A stretch of 32,000 nt of DNA from Candidatus Harpocratesius repetitus (GCA_021498095.1 JAIZWK010000001.1:3330001-3362000); one strand, 5' to 3'; counted from the first letter of the stretch, positions 17,885 through 27,189 are shown. The notes: generated by a model from the sequence alone, not told the origin. Numbers and translations are program-made.

Positions 17885-17902
17885 TTTTAAGAGCTATTAT
17901 TA
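17885..17902 (+). repeat. Segment 1 of the disrupted MITE-like copy (left of IS630)
   Basis: TTTTAAGAGCTATTATTA aligns without gaps to the reverse complement of 27055-27072 (14/18). The call rests on colinearity with segments 2 and 3. Confidence 0.7.
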
Positions 17903-17988
17903 GAGTCTTTTGACTTTTAATTTTTCGACTAATTAAACTCACCTAAATACGTTAATTTTTCAATTTTGATTTATTAGATAAATTGATC

Positions 17989-18402
17989 ATGGTTGAACGC
18001 GTTTGGGTTCATATTCCCCAACCAATCAAAATTAATGATGAATTAAAAAACCAAATAAATGAAATTGTCACTAAATTTATCAAAAAATCAGAAAAACTCG
18101 CCAAACTAACGCATAAAGTAAAAATAACACGAGGAAGGATATACATTACCTATTTATATGAAGTTCCATTAGAACATCGTGCCCGTAAAATAGAGCCACT
18201 GATAAATGGGAAATACGAAGAATTTATTTTTGCGAGAATCACTTTATTTGAAGAAAAATTGACACATTGCACCGCCGATTGGCAACGCCACAACCTAAAA
18301 TGGTACACAGTTCATGAAGGAACTTTAGAAGACTGTTTAAAGTATATTGAAAATGACTTTGGTCCATTTGGCTATCCATTTGATTATAAAGTTATGAATT
18401 AG
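17989..18402 (+). CDS. IS630 passenger protein, DUF3024-like
   Basis: Lies wholly between the IS630 inverted ends, convergent with the transposase (11-bp overlap of 3' ends). FARIT...WQRHNLKW...TLEDCLKYIEND resembles DUF3024 as recalled; family call is inference. Confidence 0.65.
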   Translation: MVERVWVHIPQPIKINDELKNQINEIVTKFIKKSEKLAKLTHKVKITRGRIYITYLYEVPLEHRARKIEPLINGKYEEFIFARITLFEEKLTHCTADWQRHNLKWYTVHEGTLEDCLKYIENDFGPFGYPFDYKVMN

Positions 18403-19452
18403 TTCTATATTTTTCCAAATTACATCGTGATGCTAGTTTTTCATCATCTGAACTCAATTCGTGCAAAGTTTTGGATAAAGAAGATTGAAATTCTTCAAAT
18501 TTTTCATAAAATTCGTTGTATGTTGCTTTACTCTTTGCATCTTTCCAAATACCTTCGATCGGATTCAGATCAGGAGAATAGGGCGGTAAAAACTTTAATT
18601 TTAGACGATAATTGTTTATTTGTAACCATTCTTGAAGCATTTTTGCATGATGCGGTCGTGCATTATCTAAAATCATATAAATTTTATGATTTTCAGGATA
18701 TTGTGCAAGAATTCCGCGAAGAAATTGCCCAAAATTAACTGCGTCTAAATTTTTAATATATTGAAAATATCCGCGCCTTTGGATAGGATCAATTGCACCG
18801 ATTACATTTAACCGTTTTTTTCCGCTGTGTATTCGGAGAATTGGTTTTGATCCCTTTGGTGCCCATATACGACGTGGTTCGGGGGAAAAATAGAAGGAAC
18901 TTTCGTCTTGGAATAAAATCGATTCGTTTTCATTTAAGTTATTTACAAGCTCTTTCATTTCGTGTCGAAATTGATCTTTTTTTTTTCGTCTGCTTTTGCA
19001 GGCATTGGTCTTGGTACTAACAATGTGTAATCCCATCGTTTCATCATTCGCCAAACCCCTGAAATTGACATATCAATGTCATATTTTTTTTTTATATGTC
19101 CTTTTATGTCTTTTAAATGCCAATTACTAAAGGAATATCCTTGTTTTCGGGGAGATTGTTTAATATCTTTCTTAATTTGTTTTTCTTGTTCTTCCGATAA
19201 TAAAGAATAAACTTTTGCACGTTTTATGGGTTGTAAACCTTTCATCCCATCTTTATTCCATTGATGAATCCATTTCCTTACTGATTGAGGGGATGAATGA
19301 ACATGGAAGGCTGTTTCGAATGTAGATTTCCCTAAGTATAGTTGTATGACTGCAAGTATTTTTGTTTTTACTCGAGCATTCTTTTCTTGCTTATAATATT
19401 GCTCTAATTCATGAAAAGGAATATGTTTTATTATAAAAAGGGGTTTTCCCAT
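18392..19452 (-). CDS. IS630 transposase, two ORFs joined by a -1 frameshift (~353 aa fused)
   Basis: OrfA (19452-18955) has HTH/winged-HTH features (VRKWIHQWNKDG, WHLKDI). OrfB has the DDE triad FQDES, LDNA and LNPIEG. A10 tract at the junction. Confidence 0.93.
18976..18982 (-). promoter_or_regulatory. A_AAA_AAG -1 slippery heptamer
   Basis: In frame with OrfA (GAA AAA AAA AAG); a -1 slip yields ...KKK-DQFRHEMK in the DDE frame. The A10 run could alternatively allow transcriptional slippage. Confidence 0.75.
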
Positions 19453-19514
19453 AATTGTAGCGAAGAATCCAAGTGATTTAAAGGTGTCGAAAAATTAAAA
19501 ATCAAAAGACTCTA

Positions 19515-19533
19515 ACATTTGATAGGTTAATAA
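19515..19533 (+). repeat. Segment 2 of the disrupted MITE-like copy (between the two IS elements)
   Basis: ACATTTGATAGGTTAATAA versus reverse complement of 27036-27054 ACATTTGGTAGATTAATAA (17/19). Confidence 0.8.
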
Positions 19534-21088
19534 CATTCACTATGTAATTGATCCTTTTTCTTCTATTTAAGATTAATCTACTCATTTCTCCATGATAATA
19601 TTACTCCTTTCAATTCATGGATGATAAATATAAGGGATACCGATGATTTGAGCATACTCCAAGAAATTCATTCAATTCTAAATCCGCTACGGTAGAATCG
19701 TTTCTTTTAATTATAAATCGTTGTATCTGCCATATATTGTACAAAAAGCACCGTAATCCCATAGTATTCAGCCGGCTATTGCGATCTTGTACCTTCTGTG
19801 CAATGCCTAACCGATTCATTTCAGGAAATGCGATTTCTATTAACCATCTTTGGCGATAGAGATCTCGGATATAATTCTCATTGCCGTGTAGGGTTTTTAT
19901 GCCTGATTTTGAGCAGAACATAACAATTAAGGGAAAAATACGGCTGCTGGCGATTTGTTCATTGATCTTTTTATGATTAAAATCTTGAATGATTTTTTTT
20001 TAAATTAAAAGTGCGTTTAGCAACAAGCAATAGATCGAATTTAATGGGTGAAAATCCTTTCTTTTTTACGTATTTACCCTTAATCATACCTTTTCAGTAT
20101 CTTTTACCTACTCCATTTAAGTAGTTCATGATTTTTTGTTTTGTCTGCGCACATTTTCTTCCAGGTATAATCACGGTTATGTGCTTCTGCTAAAAGAACT
20201 TTAATATTCGTTTACGATAAAACCCTCGGTCAAGCATAGCATATTTTATGGAAAAGCCGTTAGAAACTAGCATCTGATGGACATTGTGAAACAAGGGAAG
20301 TTTATCTTGTCGCTTTTTAATTTTGAAATTTGCAATCATTTGATGAAAATCACCTGAAATAACAGAAAAACTAAGCGTACGATGAACTGTTTTTCCTTCT
20401 TTTTTCCGAAACAATACGAATCGTCTTTATTTTTCTTGCAAGGCGTATCAGTATAATCTGCTATTAACTTTAGATCTGAACTTATAATTTTCAGAGATTT
20501 GAGAATTAAAATATGTGCCAAAAGTACAGAATTCCAAAATTCTTCAATTAAATCTAACTTAGACAATGTTTGAAGACATCAAGAAAAAGCAGGTTGATCA
20601 GGGAAGAATCTCCGTTTTTTACCATTTGAAAATTTGGAAACTGAATATGATTGAAATGAAATATTAGCGCGAGAACACTTTTTTTGAATAATTTCTGATG
20701 TATGTCAGGGCGAAAGTCTTAATATTTGCATACAACATGCAAACAGAACGAAGACCGTGTAGGAAAAGCCGCTTCGTTTTGGAGGCAATTTTTGGAAAAC
20801 TAAAGGATCTACCACTTCCGCAATATCTGAAAGTAACTGTGGATTAATCTGATTAGGAATAATTTTTCCGATATCGGTGGTAGCCGATGGATTTCTCCGA
20901 AGATTTGAGGTCATATCCAAGGGTAAGAAAGCGTAGCTTTTAAATTATTCCCTTTATCTCTCAAAATTGTAATGTATCTTTGCAAAGAAGTAAAATATGA
21001 ACAATTCTACTGAATTTGAATCAAAATTAGGATTTTATAAAAATTTCAAGACAAGAAAATCTATAAAAAACCAATTACATCATTAATG
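19534..21088 (-). mobile_element. Decayed IS4-superfamily (ISH3/IS4-like) element, 1555 bp
   Basis: Imperfect 17-bp inverted ends CATTCACTATGTAATTG / CAATTACATCATTAATG (14/17). TTAATAA is directly repeated on both sides (19527-19533, 21089-21095), whereas the uninterrupted homologous site (27036-27042) has one copy. Confidence 0.85.
19610..20920 (-). pseudogene. IS4-superfamily DDE transposase pseudogene
   Basis: ADYTD, LDRGFY and YRQRWLIE motifs. Manual translation shows four in-frame stops (TGA 20705-20707, TGA 20579-20581, TAG 20190-20192, TGA 20094-20096) and two frameshifts in A-tracts (~20400, 19993-20001). Confidence 0.9.
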
Positions 21089-21187
21089 TTAATAAAAAAA
21101 TAAAAAGCATGCATAATTTACGCATTTACCAACATTCCATCCAAATTTGATTATTGTCGGAAAATGAAAGATTAAAATGGTAATTCA
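21089..21187 (+). repeat. Segment 3 of the disrupted MITE-like copy, with a 137-bp internal deletion
   Basis: 21089-21150 equals the reverse complement of 26981-27042 (61/62), and 21143-21187 equals the reverse complement of 26807-26851 (45/45). The two blocks share AAATTTGA. Confidence 0.93.
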
Positions 21188-21234
21188 CTATGAAAAAGAA
21201 AAATTAGATAACTAATTATAACTAATCTTTAAAA

Positions 21235-21762
21235 TTACTTTCCTTCACTCTTCGCTACTATTAAGCGAGTTAATTCAATAAATGCTTCATCTACATTCGT
21301 GCCATCTTTAGCACTTGTCTCAATATATATTGAACCTTCATCTTCTGCGTAATCTCGACACTCATCGCGATCTATTACTTCTCCTACCTCAGGAATTAAA
21401 TCCAATTTATTGCCGATCAATACAAAAGGTATGTCTCCTGCAAATTGATTAACTTCTGCACGCCAATTTTTAATAGAACCAAAAGTTGAACTACGAGATA
21501 AATCAAATACCAGTAAAGCACCTGATGCACCTTTATAGAAGGTTGTCCGAATAAAAGAAAATCGTTCTTGACCTCCAATATCCCATATACTTAAAGTAGC
21601 GGTTTTTCCAGCGGCATATTCAACATTTTTTGTAAGGATATCAACACCTACAGTGAGTTTATAATCGCGTTCAAATTTAGATTTAATAAATCTATGAATA
21701 AGACTTGTTTTCCCAACAGCAGCAGGGCCACACAAAAGAATTTTTAATTTATATATGCTCAT
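21235..21762 (-). CDS. Rab-like small GTPase, 175 aa
   Basis: GPAAVGKTS, YKLTVGVD, WDIGGQERF, YKGASGALLVFD, NKLD, ETSAK; no prenylation motif; AGGAG upstream. Confidence 0.96.
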   Translation of the reverse strand: MSIYKLKILLCGPAAVGKTSLIHRFIKSKFERDYKLTVGVDILTKNVEYAAGKTATLSIWDIGGQERFSFIRTTFYKGASGALLVFDLSRSSTFGSIKNWRAEVNQFAGDIPFVLIGNKLDLIPEVGEVIDRDECRDYAEDEGSIYIETSAKDGTNVDEAFIELTRLIVAKSEGK

Positions 21763-22153
21763 TTGTTAGTACTCCTAATTATATGCAAATTCCAATTTTC
21801 TATAATAAGTGATATGAGGTGAGATCCTAAATAAATTTGTTACTCTATTATTGAATTATTGGATTTACTTAAAAAGGGTTATGGTTAAATTAGTGGAATT
21901 GGATGCAGAAACAGAAAATATATAACAAAAAGTGAGTGCCATGCAAAAATGGGGATTGAAAAAAGTTATGTTATGATATTAAAAGAATTAACAATAATTT
22001 TGATCAAGAGAAAAAATGCTTGTAGTTGAGATATACTCTGAAAAATTAGAATTTCAGTCGATATTTTGTGATAATTAGATAGATACATATTTTGGAAGAG
22101 ATGATTTAATATATTTGGAGACCTAATTAATATCGGGAAGGGAAGAAAGAGTA

Positions 22154-25100
22154 ATGCCGAGTGAAGAAGATAGTCTAAATTCAGCTTTTAATCTTATCGA
22201 AGAAGCAGAAGAAAATATTAACAATTATAATTATAACGCAGCATTAATCAATTTACATGATGCATTTCAAATTTTTGAACAATCCACTACTTTAGGTCCC
22301 GAAAAACAACAAGCATTAGCAATGATCGAGAAAAGAATTGATAATTTAGAAAAAATGATCGAAAAAAACTTAACTTCATCAAGCCAGTATGCAGAATCCA
22401 CAAATTCTTCACAATCCCTTTCATCTCTCCAATCGATTAATAATAACCAATCAATAAATAAATCCCCAACAAATAATCAAAGAATAGATAAACCTATTCC
22501 AAGTTTTCTTCGACCACCACCTGTTTTCGGCAAAGAACGCAGTCAAATGATAAAACTGGGATTAAAAGCACTTGCAAATTCAGAAGATTTGATGAAACAA
22601 GGTTATCTTTATCGTGCATATAAATCTATTTTATATGCCTACTCACATTTAACCCAAGCGCAGTATGATTCAACCAAAATCACAAACATATATAAAGTAA
22701 TTCAAGTAATGGCTCAAAAGCTTCAAGATATGGGATATAATTTACAAGAACAATCATATAAACCAAGCTTTCTCTCGACAGGACAGCCTGATTATGCGCC
22801 TACAAGCTTGAATTCACAATATACCTTGCATAAAGGAGAAAAATTGCCTGGATCCTACAAACCTACTTTCTTATCAACAGATCAAATAGATTATGCACCT
22901 ATTTCATCTTCTCAAAAAACTAAAAAAAACAATGAAATTTATAAACCATATGTTCCAACATTTGCTCAAACTAATCAACCAGATTTTACAGAAACAACTA
23001 AGACAAGAATTCCTTATGCTCAAAGATCTTCATATAAAGTTGATCAATATAAACCAACATTTGCCCAAACAGATCAAACAGATTACATTCCAGCTGAAAG
23101 AAATAAGACAACAAATAGAGTAATATCTAAGACAAATTCAGATGAATTTTTACCCACATTTGCAAAAGTTTCAGATTTGGATAACAAAACTCAAATGCAG
23201 GAAGAAGAAATGATAAATTTATCTGAATTACAAACAATGTTTTCTTTTATTGAGAAAGGAGAACCAATTCCAGATGCACTTTCTGAATCAATAAAACCCC
23301 AAATTTCGAAAAATCTTAGTGATTTGAATGAATCAAAAGATATTTCTTCCTTATTAAAAAAACAAGAAGATAGTTCCCAAGATTTATCAAAAACTCTAAT
23401 TGCAACTTCTTTTATTCATTCTAAAAATTCAAAAATAATTGACCCTTCTCTGTTAGAAAAATGGGATTTGGATTTGAAAAATTTTACCCAAAATCAGTTT
23501 GAAGAATTTTACTCTAAACGGCAGCATGATCTTGAATTAAGCGCTCAAGAATTACTTGATAGTTTTGAGAAATTTCAAGAAATTCAAAAGAAAAAGCAAG
23601 ATACTGTTCTTGAATTTATTGATATAATTCATTCTTTAGAAAAAACGTATGATTATGAAGGTGCAATTTCAGCTCTCTATAAAGCCATTGGAAAGATGAA
23701 TAATCTACTTGGATGGGCAGATCAAGTTCTTGTTCTTTATGCTTGGATGTTAATCTTAAAAGAAAAACAACGTACAAAATTTCGATTGGGTGGAAATCCA
23801 AATGATTTTGATTTAATGCGGATAAATACTGAATTTGTACAAATAATGACTGATAGTTTAAATACATCAAAAGAAGTAGCAATTTCATTTATTGGTGATG
23901 ATTTTAATCAAGAATTAAATGCACATCAAATTTACAAAGCAAAACTCGAAGAACAAGAAGAATTAGAGAACGCTGTCTTTGAACTCTTAGATACTGCAAA
24001 CTTAAAAATATTAAATGAGCAATATGCACAAGCTATAGGTTATTACAATAGAGCAATTTTAGCGTTAAACTCATTAGATTGGGCAGAATTACGACAAAAA
24101 ATCGAGCAACATATTCAAGATCTAAGCAATCTTCAGCAATTAAAAGATTTGTCTTTAGTTATTGAATTAAATCCGAATATTATTTTACAGAATTTGAAAA
24201 AATCAGATTATTCATCTTCTCAATTAACGCAATTATCATCAATATCACCAGATCATCAATTGGTTGAGCAAACAGAAGACTTACTTAAAGATTTTGAACA
24301 ACAATCCACTATTAGAGAAGAAAGAATTAACGAATTAAAGAAATACTTACAACAACAAGCAGACAAAAAATATCATGCATTTTCTTTAATTAGTCAAGGA
24401 GAGGGTTTAGTTCTTTCAGATTTATTTGACGAAGCAATTGAAGCCTATGAAGAATCAATTGAAATATTAATCGAAGCAGGATGGGAAGAGCAAATTGCAA
24501 TTATAACTGATCGATTAGTGAAAATTCGTCAAATTCGAGAAGAATTTATCCATAACAAGCAAGAACAATATGATCAGATGTTTAAGCGCAATTTAGATAG
24601 AAGGAACTTTGAAGATTCAATTATTCACGGAATTACAAGCGAAATGCAGCAATATCAATTAGAGAAACATTCAAAAGCTGAGATTCAAGCAAAACAAGAA
24701 GATTTGAATAATCAGAAAGAAAAAATCTTTAATATGCTTTCTGAAGTCGAATCAAAAGCAGAAAAGAATCAACTTGCAGAGGCAATTCTGCAGCTAAAAG
24801 AAGTAAAATCCTTATTACAAGCCCAGAACTGGGATAAACACTTATCTTTTATTTATGATTTTGTTTCTATGGTTCAAGACCAAAAAAAGGCTCAAGATTT
24901 AAAAGCTAAATTAAAAGCGGAGCAAAAAGAAGAAATTGAGAGATTTAAACAAAAAATGCAGTCCTATTTGGATGAGCAAGCAGACAAACTTTTAAGGAGT
25001 AAAGATCGAAAATACAAGATCTTAAATGATTTTCAAAACCATGTGAAGCAGGAAATCTCACTCGCTTGTGAAACTTTATCATTATTGAAGCAGGCTCAAA

Positions 25101-25651
25101 CACATCTTAATCGAAATGAGTTTCACGTTGCAATTGATCTTTATGAAGAAGCAGATCTTAATTTTGTTAATTTAGGCTGGAATATTAATACGCAAGAATG
25201 TATTTATTTGGCTCATCAAAAAGAAAAAGAATTTACCAACTCAATTTCAAAATATGAACATTCAGCACTTTTACAAAAAGAAGCAGAAATAAAAAGTCAA
25301 TATTCACAGCAAAAGAAAGAAAAACATGAGCAATCAGCCTTATCTGAAATCAAAAACTTGTTATCATCAATGCATGGAAAATCCACACATTCCGATTCAG
25401 ATTTACAGAGATCTTCATATTCTAGCGCCGCTCAACCAAAATTAGAGCAAAATATGACTACATCTTCAAGGATTCAAAAATTATCAACATCAACAACGTC
25501 AAAAACATCAACAGAACTAAAAACGACAGTAGAAAATTCTTCAATTTCTAAAATATCTGAATCAAAAAAAACACCCAAATCAATCCCAGACTCAATAGAA
25601 GAATTACAACGAATGATAAGGGAAGCTGCTGAAAAAGATAAGAAAAAATAA
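22154..25651 (+). CDS. Large helical-repeat (TPR-like)/coiled-coil protein, 1165 aa
   Basis: Five YKP[ST]F...Q.DY-type short repeats, five A...Y..A......(G)W helical units alternating with Glu/Gln/Lys coiled coils, and a Ser/Thr-rich tail. Confidence 0.8.
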   Translation: MPSEEDSLNSAFNLIEEAEENINNYNYNAALINLHDAFQIFEQSTTLGPEKQQALAMIEKRIDNLEKMIEKNLTSSSQYAESTNSSQSLSSLQSINNNQSINKSPTNNQRIDKPIPSFLRPPPVFGKERSQMIKLGLKALANSEDLMKQGYLYRAYKSILYAYSHLTQAQYDSTKITNIYKVIQVMAQKLQDMGYNLQEQSYKPSFLSTGQPDYAPTSLNSQYTLHKGEKLPGSYKPTFLSTDQIDYAPISSSQKTKKNNEIYKPYVPTFAQTNQPDFTETTKTRIPYAQRSSYKVDQYKPTFAQTDQTDYIPAERNKTTNRVISKTNSDEFLPTFAKVSDLDNKTQMQEEEMINLSELQTMFSFIEKGEPIPDALSESIKPQISKNLSDLNESKDISSLLKKQEDSSQDLSKTLIATSFIHSKNSKIIDPSLLEKWDLDLKNFTQNQFEEFYSKRQHDLELSAQELLDSFEKFQEIQKKKQDTVLEFIDIIHSLEKTYDYEGAISALYKAIGKMNNLLGWADQVLVLYAWMLILKEKQRTKFRLGGNPNDFDLMRINTEFVQIMTDSLNTSKEVAISFIGDDFNQELNAHQIYKAKLEEQEELENAVFELLDTANLKILNEQYAQAIGYYNRAILALNSLDWAELRQKIEQHIQDLSNLQQLKDLSLVIELNPNIILQNLKKSDYSSSQLTQLSSISPDHQLVEQTEDLLKDFEQQSTIREERINELKKYLQQQADKKYHAFSLISQGEGLVLSDLFDEAIEAYEESIEILIEAGWEEQIAIITDRLVKIRQIREEFIHNKQEQYDQMFKRNLDRRNFEDSIIHGITSEMQQYQLEKHSKAEIQAKQEDLNNQKEKIFNMLSEVESKAEKNQLAEAILQLKEVKSLLQAQNWDKHLSFIYDFVSMVQDQKKAQDLKAKLKAEQKEEIERFKQKMQSYLDEQADKLLRSKDRKYKILNDFQNHVKQEISLACETLSLLKQAQTHLNRNEFHVAIDLYEEADLNFVNLGWNINTQECIYLAHQKEKEFTNSISKYEHSALLQKEAEIKSQYSQQKKEKHEQSALSEIKNLLSSMHGKSTHSDSDLQRSSYSSAAQPKLEQNMTTSSRIQKLSTSTTSKTSTELKTTVENSSISKISESKKTPKSIPDSIEELQRMIREAAEKDKKK

Positions 25652-25736
25652 TTAAAAGTCGGAATACCTTTTATTTTTTTAATCAAATGTAATGGTAAGA
25701 GTACTTCAAAAATTATTTTCTTTTTAAGTGAATAGT

Positions 25737-26708
25737 ATGAAACCTTTAGATATCACAATTTTAACAACCACAGAAGATATTGCGTCAATAAATATCCAGC
25801 GTCATCTTTTATCTGAGTTCCCATTCAAACAACAGCTAAATTTAGAGCCTTGGGATTCTGATCTGGTTAACCGTCAATTTTTCTATATGCCAGAATATAT
25901 AAAATCAGATTTAAAATCAAAGACGGCACTAGTTAGGTTTAATTTGATCGAGATTGAACATGAATTTATTACTTTGGATGAAGTAGCAAAACCTAATCAA
26001 ATTCATGGAGATATCTTGATTTATGCCAGCCGACATCGATCTGCAAGTGAAAGAAAGGCATTGCTATGCCATACCACAGGAAATATCAATGATGACAATT
26101 CATTTGGTGGAAGAGCGCGCCATGTTTCGAAAGGAAGTGGAATTTTGATGCATTATTTATATAAAAATTTGCTTCATTTTGTTGAAACCACTCCTAATTA
26201 TGCAGTACCTGTAGATCATGAAGTTGATCATCATGGACCAACGGAATTTCTTCAACCAAGTGGATTTATAGAATTGGGAAGCACCGAAACAGGATGGAAA
26301 GATGCTGAAGGCGCTAAAATTGTAGCAGAAAGCATAATACAAACAGGATGTCAAATTGCCCAAAATCACTACATTCCTGCCCAAATATCTGATTTATCTC
26401 ATTCTTCTTTACTAAATAAACAAAATATTAAAGTAATGATTGGTTTTGGAGGATCTCATTATATGCCCAGTTTTCAGCCAATTATTCCAAAAGGTTATGG
26501 ATTTGCCCATACTGTTCCAAAATACAAAATTATGGCAGTTGATAAACAAATGCTTCAACAACTTATGAAGCAGACTTTAGAGCCTATAGATGGATGGGTA
26601 GTTGATTGGAAAGGATTGAACAGCGCAGAAAAGCAGCATTTAATTCCTCTTTTAGAGCAGACAGACATTCCTATAATTAAAGTTAAAACCCTACGCAAGC
26701 AAACTTAA
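25737..26708 (+). CDS. dtdA: D-aminoacyl-tRNA deacylase, archaeal DTD2 type
   Basis: SRHRS, CHTTGN, EVDHHGPT, IELGSTE..W and GFGGSHY motifs. ATG at 25737 preferred; GTG at 25728 possible. Confidence 0.92.
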   Translation: MKPLDITILTTTEDIASINIQRHLLSEFPFKQQLNLEPWDSDLVNRQFFYMPEYIKSDLKSKTALVRFNLIEIEHEFITLDEVAKPNQIHGDILIYASRHRSASERKALLCHTTGNINDDNSFGGRARHVSKGSGILMHYLYKNLLHFVETTPNYAVPVDHEVDHHGPTEFLQPSGFIELGSTETGWKDAEGAKIVAESIIQTGCQIAQNHYIPAQISDLSHSSLLNKQNIKVMIGFGGSHYMPSFQPIIPKGYGFAHTVPKYKIMAVDKQMLQQLMKQTLEPIDGWVVDWKGLNSAEKQHLIPLLEQTDIPIIKVKTLRKQT

Positions 26709-26773
26709 GCATTCTCTTTTTTCTTTAAGATAAAATGATAATGGCGATTTATACTATAATCAAAAAACAAAAA

Positions 26774-27070
26774 TTAAGAGGTTCTAGCAACTTCTTTATT
26801 TTTGACTGAATTACCATTTTAATCTTTCATTTTCCGACAATAATCAAATTTATCCAAGAATTATTTCAGTCGGCAAAGATGAACTTTAGAAAATATAATT
26901 ATAGGTCGATTTTTGACTATTTTTATTCAAATTTTAGTAGGATTTGATAAAAAAAGTTCTAAATTTTTGATCGACAAATTTCAAATTTGGATGGAATGTT
27001 GGTAAATGCGTAAATTATGCATGATTTTTATTTTTTTATTAATCTACCAAATGTTGATAAAGACTCTTAA
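26774..27070 (-). repeat. Full-length copy of the ~297-bp MITE-like element
   Basis: Ends TTAAGAG...CTCTTAA (imperfect inverted ends, 14/18). Homologous to 1-119 and to the split copy at 17885-21187. No long ORF. Confidence 0.85.
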
Positions 27071-27129
27071 AACAAAACAAAAAAATCAAAAAAATCAAAA
27101 CAAAAATCAAAAAAAATCATAAATCATAA
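27071..27129 (+). repeat. A-tract low-complexity repeat (A4-7)TC upstream of the cupin gene
   Basis: ATC units end at 27087, 27096, 27108, 27118 and 27125. Confidence 0.6.
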
Positions 27130-27189
27130 ATTTGACCACTCTAATTTGAAAATCAAAATTGAATTATAATAATTTGAAGGTGAAGAATA

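Larger units (their letters stand above)
17903..19512 (-). mobile_element. IS630-family element, 1610 bp, apparently intact, carrying a passenger gene
   Basis: 17901-17929 and 19486-19514 are inverted repeats at 28/29 including the terminal TA target duplication (17901-17902, 19513-19514). They enclose the transposase and a 138-aa ORF. Confidence 0.92.

Noticed and set aside
19610-20920. Stop-codon readthrough or an alternative genetic code explaining the in-frame stops in the transposase
   Set aside because: The stops are mixed (TGA and TAG) and accompanied by two frameshifts, and other genes terminate normally; ordinary decay is simpler.
21880-22030. Short reading frame MVKLVELDAETENI followed by further fragments in the divergent intergenic region
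   Set aside because: It stops after 14 codons and has no recognisable family; a pseudogene cannot be supported.
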